64,000 nucleotides of DNA, from NCBI GenBank assembly GCA_051362555.1, contig CM120641.1:48676401-48740400 (forward strand), written 5' to 3'. Source of the stretch: Lingula anatina (lineage: Eukaryota > Animalia > Brachiopoda). Under the pieces are notes generated by a model. That model ran no database searches. It was not told the DNA's origin and saw only the letters and a list, made by a program, of their open reading frames with translations. Position numbers and translations under genes: made by a program. How positions within the stretch are numbered: position 1 is the stretch's first letter; every line of letters starts with the position of its first letter. Shown here one piece after another: positions 53,550 to 64,000 of this stretch.

Positions 53550-55564
53550 ATATCAAAATTTGGGAAGTTCTAAAACAACAACATTTAGCAAGGACTCCTT
53601 TTGTGGGATTAAAATATGTTTCTATTGTGGTTAACATCCATAATGAGAATGGTATTCGAGAATGATGATGATGATAATGATTGTGATATCCATGGATAAT
53701 AATGGTGATGATGATGGTAGTATCCATGGATAGTAATGATTGTGATAACTGGTGTTGTATAGCTAGAGCCAAAGAGTGTGAAGTGGGTGTATGTGTAGAC
53801 ATAAGTTGCCAAAACACCAGGTTTCCCTTGGGCCTCTTCCAGGTCTTCATGAACAAATTAATTAATCATTGATTCTTTTGTTAGAGGCCATTGAGAAGAA
53901 TTATGGTTTTCTTCTCAATATAAAAACTTCCTTCCTGAAAACTTCATGAAAGTATTTTCCAATGTCACAGTGTCAAAGCACTAGAAATCTGTTATATTTG
54001 ATAAAAATGAAAAGGTTAAATCACTTTGTAGGTTAGTGTCCAGTTAAGCTAAAATCAGCTTGGTGTAAGAGGGTTTTTTATTTTTCGATGAGTGCAGCAC
54101 ATTCCAGTCGTTTGTTCTCTACAATATATACAGTAAATAATATATTGTGAAGAGAGGTATACATTTTGATGGAGTACCTGACATTTTTTACAACTTCAAT
54201 TATGACTGTAATTGATGCAGTCTATCATTGGAAGGATGCTCTTTTATAAAGTTACAACATTTACTATAAAGTATTTATTACTGGCATTTTTTGAGTGTTT
54301 TTGCAATAATTGATCAATTATTTGCCATGTTGGTGGGTGAAGATCACATGGTACGGATACTTCGTCTGCCCTTCTTATTTTGAACAAGTGAAATAAAAGA
54401 ACTGAAGGCAATAACATTTTAAACATGTCCTTGTTGCTTTTACTAACACTAAAACCTGATTATTTAGCGCGAGTTTCATTAATGTGTAAATATGTTGATG
54501 TATGAATATTTTATAAAGACTTCTTGGTGATTTTGACTATTTTTTTGCCTCGATTTTTTTTTTGCGAATTTAATCGAAATATATTTAAGCAATTGCTTTA
54601 TAAATCAAATCTTCACTAAAGGACAAAACTTTCAACTGAGAAATTGAACACTGGTTCAACGACGGCAGGAATCCGTTGCATATTCTTCTGATCTGTGACG
54701 TGTACGTTTATTACTGCGCTCACACATAATTCTAGAGTTGTTATTAAGCAATTGACTTCGACTGGCTGCTAACATATCACGTTGCTACTTAAATGTACCG
54801 TAATAAATGCCAGTAAACGACTTCAGCGCGTGCCACCCTTCCAATTTTTAAGTTTAAGCAAAACAAGGTAAAAGGTGAATATGACCTTCATGATTGGGGT
54901 GGCGTCCCCGATAGTTTTTTATTGACAAGCAAGGGGGTGTGATTTTGTGAAGCGCTTGGTACTTTCAAGCAACTTTTATTAAAATTACATGAGGATTTTA
55001 AGTATATCTTATATATGTCCGTTGCATCCAGGACTCGTCTTCGAGTGTTATTCCACGTAGAACTAGATAGAACGTTGAACTGGTGATGACGCAAAATAAC
55101 TCTTATCTTCCTAGTCTCCAAATGCTCCGTGCCAGTCTTAAACCACTTCTAGGCTGCAATATATTGGCAATTAAGAAACCTAAAATATTAATCAAATGGA
55201 ATGAGCTATGTCCGCTCAAACACTTGAGTTAATTGTAGCAATATAGGAGAGGTTGTTGGAGTCCATTGCGAGAAATGGTTATTTACGACGACGTTTATTG
55301 TAGACAGAGTTTTCCCAGTGTGCGGTATTGGCTCATTTATCACAGCTGTAATCAAAATGCAGTCAACGTCAGCAGCGAGGACATGGTGATTTCTCAGAGT
55401 TTTGAAAATCGTTAGCGATTTATTAGGTTTCAGGGTTGAATACTCCTCCGGTATTTCCACTCAGGTAGATGGTAATCGGCGTGTTCAAGGAACCAAGCAG
55501 GAACAGTGCAAGAGAGCCAGCGTTTTCTCAATACTTTGATCGAAAAGCCTCCTGTCATTAAACC

Positions 55565-58500
55565 ATGGTGAACGTCTCCAGGAACGGGACACTATGGCCA
55601 CCTGCGGGTCCCAGGTGTGCCTTTCAGCCGGGAGAACAGCTGCCCTTCAATCCCCCGGACCCCAAGTGGACAATCTTGATCCCCAACCAGTCCAGTCCGG
55701 CCATCCCTCTGTGGGAGGTCGTGGTCAAGGTACTGGTCACCGTACTCCTGGTCCTGCACGGGGTCATAGGTAACGCCCTGGTCATCGTGATCGTCATGAG
55801 AAACAAAGCCATGAAACAACAAGTGATCAACATGTATCTGGTCAACCTGGCGGTGACGGACATCTTGGTCGTGTTGACATGTTCTTGGACGAACGCTGGG
55901 GCGGCCATAAGCGTGGAGTACCCGTTTCACAGCAGCGTGTGTAAGGGGAGCACGTTTTTAGAAGGTAGATATGGGCTGGTTGAGTCTGTGTTATTTGCGT
56001 TTAAAGATAAATGAAGGAAAATGTTACATCACAGAAAATTAAAAAAAATAATATTCAACCGTATTAATACTAGGTATAGGAGTAATTTTTTATCATGCAG
56101 GATCAATAGGAAATTGATATATAGGGCCTAAATGGTATCTTTAAATCGTGATTGGGGTTGGGTAGCGTAGTGTATTTTAAGTGTATATTAATATATGCAT
56201 CAGGGGTTCTTTCCAATGAATTTACTAAATAAGCCATCAGCATTGACTAAGAGAAGTCTAAATGAGTACAATTATCACTCCTTGATTCACGTGCAGGTCC
56301 GTTGCCGGGGGGGGGGGTTCAAAAGGACGCCCCATTTTACTGGGAAAAGGTCTCCTCTGGGTAAAATTTTATCTATGTAGATGAATGTTTCATGGTAAAA
56401 GGTTCACTTTTTCACAAAAAGAACGCCCCTTTTTGAATTACTAGCTACGGGCCTGATATGTCTTGTGTTTCTTCCAAACTTGCAGTCACTTTCCTGACGT
56501 GCAGTGTTCTTACTCTGACCATCATCGCCGTGGATAGGTTCTTCGTCATAGTCTATCCTCTGAAATGTCGCATCACTCACCGCCGTGTCACCATCTGTCT
56601 GGTGCTGGTCTGGCTGGTCTCCATAGCCGTGGCGTCCCCTCATCTGGTCGTCAGGGACGTGTACGAGGTCCACTGGAAAAACAGGGTGGAAGTCTCGTGT
56701 CTGGAGGTTTGGCCGAAATATATCATCGACCACGAGTGCAACACGGAGGCGCCTGGGAAATTTGCGTACACTTTTTTCACGACTGTGGTCATGTACTTCT
56801 GCCCTATCCTGGTGATGAGTCTGGCGTACCTGATGATAGGCTGTGCCTTGTGGAACAGACAGTTTCCGGGGGTACAGTTAGACTCCGTGAGGTCGTCACG
56901 TAATAAAGCCAAGAAAAGGGTAAGCATCAATCCCAAAGATTATTTCAAAGACCTTGAGGATTTTTTAAAAGAAAATATATGGCTTTAGGTTTTAAAAAAG
57001 CATGTTTAACGTGTAATTGCCTTCTGTTTGGTATTTGAATACAAGAATGCTGTAAAAATAGCATATGATGAAACGGCCGTCAATTTTTCTCCTTCAAATA
57101 CTTACACACTTTAATTAATTAATTTTTTCATGTTTGATCAACAGCATAGAAAAATGAAGATTTCTATCGTCCCCGTGAATGTCTATATCACACTTAAGGG
57201 GTAATTTCAATGTTGCAGGTGATTCGTATGTTACTAGTGGTCCTGGTGGCGTTTATCGTCTGCTGGACGCCAGAACAAGCTATCGTTCTGTTTGACCTCT
57301 ACAGAGACAGGTCCAACACCCAGGTTAGGAAGGATCACATAAAGCACCAGGTAAACAGGGGACAGGACAGACCCCACCTTTGTCGATATATAGCAGGACC
57401 AGCGATATATCTGACCCATCAATGAAGGGATAACAACTGTTCTTAAGATATCCATATTTCACAATAAATACATTGTAAACAACTCATAAAATATAATGAA
57501 TTCTATTTTACCCCAAAACGGCTGTTAACTCAATTATTCTGGAATTTGTGCTTGCCATCACGTCACATGAATTCCATAGATGGCTACACTCTGTAATAAT
57601 CTCTTAAGATAATATTACGAAAAACCAAACTTTTTAGAAAAAAAATTAATTAATTAAAAAACAGGGACTAACTTTGAAAGTGGGAATGGATTCATTAACC
57701 ATCCATTGGTAAGTATGGGAAAGTTGTCCTTTATCCCAGGAAAATTCATTTTTTGACCAAAATGAACATTTGTTATCCCTTTAAAATACACCTATTGGTT
57801 TTGATGATCGTTGCAGTAATGCTGAAGTAGACAGCATTGTAAAAGATAATGAAGGTCTAGCTGGCTTAGTGGGGTCAAAATCTGACGTGGTTTCATGAAT
57901 AATGAAAGGTCATGTTGAAAAATATTGAATTAAAATTAGTTAATCATTTTTTGTTTTGTTTCCAGCAAGATTTTGATAAGCGCATCAAGTTTGCCGTGTT
58001 TTATCTCGCCCAGTTGAACAGCGCCTTGAACCCTGTAATGTATGGCGGACTGAACGAAAACTTCCGCCGAGGTTTTGCTCGTATTTTCAGAGCTATTTGG
58101 ACCGCTAACAGGGTGGAGCCAAGTGAGTCCTCTCTCTCTCTCATTTTTTTCTCATATATGCTTAATTTTGTCGTCATGTTTTGAATTTGTATTTTAAATT
58201 GTCAGTTCATTGTCTATCAGTGTAATTAATCTAAAACAGAAGTAAAATAGTTCAATATTAAAACTTGAGATGTATTTTCAGCTCGGCCCTCGGATCAGCT
58301 GGGGAATGGAGTGAACCCCGAGGAAGGCGGACAGGCGGGACAGCTACAGATTGATTTCCGTGAGGTCAAAGTCCGGCGAAAGTCGCAGCTTCCTCTGGAA
58401 TCGTTAGTAGAAGAAAACGAGACTGTAATTCGGATATCGTACGTGTCGTCTCGCCCTGGGGCCACCGAGGTCGGTCACACGCCAGACACGGAAGACATTC

Positions 58501-58637
58501 CTGATGAGAAAAGTAATCTCTGTATTACCCGTACAAGTGAGGGGACATCCAAGCAGTGGAAAGTAAACTATCCCTGTGGTGCGCGACCTGCTGGTACCAC
58601 TCCTGCCAGTGTGGCACCAAATAAGAATATAGTGTAA
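55565..58637 (+). CDS. Rhodopsin-family neuropeptide-receptor-like GPCR (paralog 1)
   Basis: Exons 55565-55964, 56486-56919, 57219-57323, 57966-58122, 58282-58637; TM1 GN, TM2 NLAVTD, TM3 DRF, TM5 YFCP, TM6 CWTP, TM7 NPVMY; ligand not assignable. Confidence 0.92.
56294..56455. mobile_element. Non-autonomous TIR element (MITE), same family as 31989
   Basis: caggtccgttgcc...gctacgggcctg; shared 'cctctgggtaaaattttatcta'. Confidence 0.8.
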
Positions 58638-59627
58638 ATAAAAATATATGGCGTCATTTTATCCAAAGGCTAATTTCTTTACAATGAATAGCGAGATACG
58701 GGTCCCTATGAAGTAGTAAGTTATACTGATTAAAGTTCAAGACCTTATTTTTTGTCCTTGTCATTATTGACAGGTATCGCATCTTTTCGAAATATACTTT
58801 TTCTGTTACTTAAGTCGTAATAAATAAGAATTTATACCGCAAACAATTTCCTTGTATTTTAAGCTTGTAATAGCATCTTCTGTGCACTCCAGATATTTAT
58901 AAAGAATACCTTTGGCTTTTGATTTCCATTATGGTTTTTATATGTTATTTCTTTGAAACATTTTTTGTATGTTGGAGTGATTTAAAATTATAAACATTCA
59001 TGGAAAATAATTTTGTTGACTATATACACGAACTGGTCTGAAATTATTCATGAACATCTATGTAATAAAATCTGAGTCCTCCACAGAGACAAATATTTAA
59101 TAAAATCTTCGCTAAACACGGAAATGTCAGCGTTATTAAAACGCATGAAACACAGGTGTCAGAAAGAGTCGTCAGTGCCCTTCTCAATAATGTTTTATAC
59201 CTTTCCTAGGCAATGGAGTAGAAGCCATAAAAACTCCTTCAGAATATTTCCGGTTGATTTGTAGACTAACATTTTCTGAGAAAATCTACGTCAACTAATA
59301 TGCAATTTCCATGATTCACCCTGACAGTCTTGAATTATATAACAAAGCAAACGCCTCCCATCATCAGAGGGAAATCGATTCCTCTAATATTAAGTGTGGC
59401 TGAGATATATTAAAACTGCACTTCTTTTCTTAGTGCACAATCCACAAGTCACTGGACAGATGGGCTCCGTTTACTTTACTGTGAAATCTTACGTGTTGCT
59501 CGGAGTACTTGTATATACTGTCTAAGCTGACTTGGTACTTGGTACTTGGTACTCACAGTGTACTCGACGCACATCGTAAACCACGCAGCAGTGTCCACAT
59601 TCAAGATTATGGCGTAGTTCTTTCAAG

Positions 59628-61971
59628 ATGACAAACTTCTCGGTCGAAAACTCCTCCGCAAATTTAGACATTTTGGATAAACTTTTTGGTCGAGAAAACA
59701 GTTCCCCATTAGAGCTGGTTGTCAAGGTGATATTGTTTGGGATATTGATGGTGGTCACAGTGGGCGGGAATGGTGTCGTGATTCTAACAGTTTTAAGAAG
59801 CAAAAGGTTGAGAACAGTGTACAATTGTTATATGATTAACCTGGCGCTTACGGATCTGTTGACGGCGACGCTGTGTATGTGGGTCACCATGGTAACCAGT
59901 ATTTACCCAGCTTGGAAATGGCCGCTCGGACCCGTCTTGTGCAAAATTGGAAGTGCATTTTTACCCAGTAAGTTAATTATTTTCTGTTTGTTTATTTCTT
60001 TAAGTATTATGAAAATAAGTACAAACAAAGCTTGTACTTGCATTATATGTTGTGTTGGCTTTTGTGCTCTGCGTTTCAATGTTTGGTAAAAATCTGTACA
60101 TTTTTCAATAAAACACAAAAATACCTAAAAGATTTTAATTATTTATGTATTTTTAATGTGTTGCTTGATGTCTGCTTGATATAAACATTTCAATCACCTT
60201 TTCAGGTACATTAAAAACCTGTGGAATACTGACGGTAACGGCTATGGCCTTCGATCGGTTTGTTGCCGCCATGTACACCGGGCGAAGATTCATAACTCAG
60301 CGCAAGCCATACTGTGTTTTCGTGGTCTTGGCTGTGATATGGACGCTGTCCGTGGCGATCTCCTTACCCTGGGTGTTCATCATGAGGCACGTGCAGTTCA
60401 AGTGGACGTTTGGCCCCTCAACTTCAGAATGTATAGTCTTGAGACACGAGGTAAAGAGGCGCGCCTACGGGACAGTGTATTTTGTGGTCTCCTATGTTTT
60501 TCCAGTTGTTGCCATCGTTGCCATGGTTTCTCACACACTGTGGAAACTGCGAGAAACTCCTACACGTGATCCAGACGGCATTTTTGTGGGCGTCCACAAC
60601 GTTGCGAGGAAAAAGGTAAGTTCCGGGACAAAAATAGGGACGGTACTGCGATATTACACTATATGAAATGCTACTTAGTTTTGTAATGCCCCCTTTACAC
60701 TGGACGGCGTCCTTTCTGCGACCATGAAATTTGGCATCGCTGTGGTCTTAATAAGGAGGCACGAGCATTAATTTTGTATCAGAATGAATGCTCAATGATC
60801 GGCCAGTTGTCGGCACGTAAAGCATTACAATTTTTTAACTCTCAAATGGGGCCGTACTGTTGGACGCAGAAAGGACGCCGTCCAGTGTAAAGGGGGCTTA
60901 TATGCATTTTGTAAGCAAGGCATCTCGTATCACTTTTTTTTTGGCTGTTGTTCATCTTAAAATGTCAATATTATGTATTATACCAATAAAAGACAAGCAA
61001 TAAATTCCAAAGAATAACTCTAAAAAGGGGGAAATTTTTTTACAAATTCCAGATTTTATGATAGATATTCTGTAAATAGCTTACTGATATTTCTATTCCA
61101 GCTGGTCCATTTGCTGTTGGTCGTGTTCGTAGTGTTCATAATCACGTGGTCTCCACTCCAGATTCTGATGGTTTGGGATATCTACAGGACCACGCCCACC
61201 AGCGCGGTGAGATATGACGTTCTCAGGAGAAATATACGGATTAATGTGACACAGCCCAACAATAGCGTGTTTTAACATTTAAAAATACCTTCTTGTGTTT
61301 GTGTCAAAAGTACATTATCAGATGCCCTTCCTTGTCAGATCTGTTCAGCGACATGGGTTTGGAGTACTTTCTAACGTAGAGGCCAGCTGGCAATAGCGCC
61401 ATAACAAAAAAAGCTGTGGTATTATCCAATACACAGGTTCTGATAATATACCGTACGTTGCAGGATGTCAAGATAAGGGTGATTAAGAAAAAATGCCAAT
61501 TTGAAGTTAGAACATGGAACATGCCTGTGTTGGTTCCTTTTAAGATCTTTAACACCTTTTGTAAAGGGTCGAAATTGTATTGGTTTAAAAAATCTAGACG
61601 GACGCTCCTGGTATACCTTTCTTAATTTATTTGAGATATTGCAAAAGTGTCATAAAAAGGAGGCAAAAAGTATTATCCCCACATTAAATCTTAGAAAAAG
61701 ACCTTATTTTCTTTTTATGATCATTGATATTGTAGGTTCCTTCGTCATTGAGGCTATCGTATTTCAAGTATCTTCACCACATTGAGTTTTCTGTCAAGTT
61801 GTTGGCCTATGCTAACAGCGCCATCAACCCGGTGGTCTACTGCTGGAAGAGCGACACAGTGAGGAGAGGGGTACACGACATGTTATGGGGATGTGCCGCG
61901 GACAGGAACCACAGCAGAGTTTCTCCAGGTAAGGCCAGGTCTCACATGTGTGTGTGTGTGTGTGTGTGAGC

Positions 61972-62014
<43 letters not shown>

Positions 62015-62369
62015 CGTTCGTGCGTGCCTGTGTCATTATTTTCTACACTGGATGTTACTCGATATGTAACTAAATAATTAAAATCATGTATGAGGCGCTT
62101 TTACTTAATGACTGGTTAAATAAGTAGACAGTTTTCTTTTTAACAACAGATCGCTGTTGTTATTTATGTTGTTAGGATTTGTAAGACGATCGTTGTTACA
62201 TTTAGATACAATTTCTTATTGATAATGCTTTAAAAACTGTTTTTTAATAAGATTTTGGCTTCACGGCCATTAACAATTATTGAGCAATTATTGAGACTTT
62301 TAATTTTGGGGGACCGTTTTGTTTTCAGTTCGAACAGTGACCACACAGCCGACACAGATGAGCCGATGA
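59628..62369 (+). CDS. Rhodopsin-family neuropeptide-receptor-like GPCR (paralog 2)
   Basis: Exons 59628-59967, 60206-60615, 61102-61206, 61736-61928, 62329-62369; GN, NLALTD, DRF, YVFP, TWSP, NPVVY; intron positions and phases correspond to paralog 1. Confidence 0.9.
60688..60897. mobile_element. MITE with 33-bp perfect TIRs (PIF/Harbinger-like termini)
   Basis: gccccctttacactggacggcgtcctttctgcg ... cgcagaaaggacgccgtccagtgtaaagggggc. Confidence 0.9.
61946..62011. repeat. (GT)n microsatellite, interrupted
   Basis: Direct reading. Confidence 0.95.
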
Positions 62370-64000
62370 AGGAGGACATCAAACAAATATAGCCGACTTT
62401 CTTTAGAACACTTTATCAATTTATAACTGGATATCACAATGAGAAAGAGATACTTCTTAGCTAGCTATAAGCCAACAGACCAACAGCGAATAGGCTAAGC
62501 AAACCTACGTAATTTGCTAAAATAAAATATCGTTTCGTTAAAGATTTGCTGAGCCGCAATGTCCTAGTGTCCTGTTTTCAAGAGTAAGTCATATCACGGC
62601 ATATCGGGGTACCAGCGTCTCATATCAGGCAACTATTTGGCAGGGTAAATAAAGATGGATTCCACATCCTTCATCTAATATCTTTTTTAACCATCTTTAA
62701 AACTTTATCATTGTGTGCGACCATTATTCATTAAATGTGTTTAGATGTTATGATATTTCTAAAACAGTAAATATTCAGCTATGATATTGCCTAGGTAACG
62801 TCTATTAAAGGGACAGTTTGTGGGATTTCACACACGACCGTCACTGAAAATATGTCTTAGGACCTTAAAGGTATCCTAACCTCTTAACCTGGATTTTCCC
62901 GACAAATCAAATTTTCATCGAAAAAAACAAGCAATTCGATGAATCGCCGTCCATGTACTTGGATTCGATGTTTTATTTAATTTCTAATTAAATAATTTAG
63001 TTCTAAACGACTGGCCTGTCCCTTACACCGCCATGTCTTCCTGTACATAACACATAGAAATATCGACATCATATACTTTTATTGAAGGGGTTTTATCGTT
63101 TTCAAGGTCTTGGTTGATACGTAGATACATGAAATTTGAAAATATGGAAAGTATGGACGATATATGCAGTTTACAACGTGGATAAGAAATCTTAAAGCAG
63201 TTTTTCTTACCTTTCAACCACAAATTTTTCGACTTTATTAAATATGTACAAAAGTTTATTACCTTAATTTCCCTTACAAGGACCCAGCTTTCATATTGAT
63301 TGGTTTATTCAGAAGATATTTTCCACGTACAGGGCCTGTTAGTCAAACTTTTTGAAAAGAGATGGAAAGAGTTAACAAAAGGAGAACCCCATAAACTGTC
63401 CCTTGCTTAAAACTTAAACAATAAATGATATGTTAACATATAATAAATAAAAATATGTAAACGTTCTTCTGCCTCGTGTCTATATCAGGGATTTAATAAA
63501 TAATAATAATATCACAAAAACGTCTGCTCACAATAATTCAATTATAAGTGCATCTGCTGCATTGCTGCGGTGTACTAGGGGTTTCTCTTTATGATAGTTA
63601 GTTATATAAAATGAGCTAGCATGGCACTTCATCAGTACACAAGTGACCGTCCCAAAGTCTCATGGTGCTAAACCCTTCCCCACGTCACTGTGTCATACCC
63701 ACTTGCATCCACTGAAATAAAAGCAAACTATAGGGTAACTCCAATAAATAACAGTTTTCAATGTGCGATGTATTTTTCTAATACCAAACATTTTTTTGAA
63801 ATTATTGATTCAAAAGAAAGCGCAATAAAAAAAAACTATCAGCAATACTACCAATGAAGCCGGTCATCAGTGCTTAGACGTTTCATTTTATTTTTTTACG
63901 GCTATGTATTTAGCCAGAATTTTAGCCAACTTTACCTGTTCCATGTTCAGCCTGGCATCGCCTCCAAGACCTCTTTTACTGTATTTCTTATAACTGCCTG

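Noticed and set aside
53428-53856. His/Ile-rich minus-strand ORF
   Set aside because: Antisense reading of an imperfect (GAT)n tract in the ZDHHC6 3' UTR
55592-56936. Antisense and alternate-frame ORFs over the GPCR exons
   Set aside because: Shadow ORFs of GC-rich coding sequence with no independent motifs

Overview
AT-rich, intron-containing animal genomic DNA, probably a lophotrochozoan or mollusc-like invertebrate (inferred from gene content and repeat types). Hand-splicing supports seven protein-coding genes. (1) A Cad87A/CDH23-type cadherin on the - strand, with a signal peptide, about 14 EC repeats and a membrane-adjacent domain, running off the left edge. (2) A corin-like type II transmembrane serine protease (TM-SEA-Fz-Fz-LDLa2-SRCR-trypsin). 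(3) A small 3-exon ANAPC16 gene on the - strand that the ORF track does not resolve. (4) A galactose-3-O-sulfotransferase nested antisense inside ANAPC16 intron 1. (5) ZDHHC6, head-to-head with ANAPC16 and containing a GC-AG intron. (6-7) Two tandem rhodopsin-type neuropeptide-receptor-like GPCRs. The most unusual signal is in the cadherin: two introns consist almost entirely of tandem copies of their own exon-end plus 5' splice site. One 38-bp array is stop-free in all three frames and offers several near-identical in-frame donors. The window also holds several MITE and Helentron-like repeats, a LINE remnant, and an inverted-repeat-flanked 2.4-kb segment with exon-like cassettes. Exon coordinates were read by eye and may be off by a few nt; no database searches were run.
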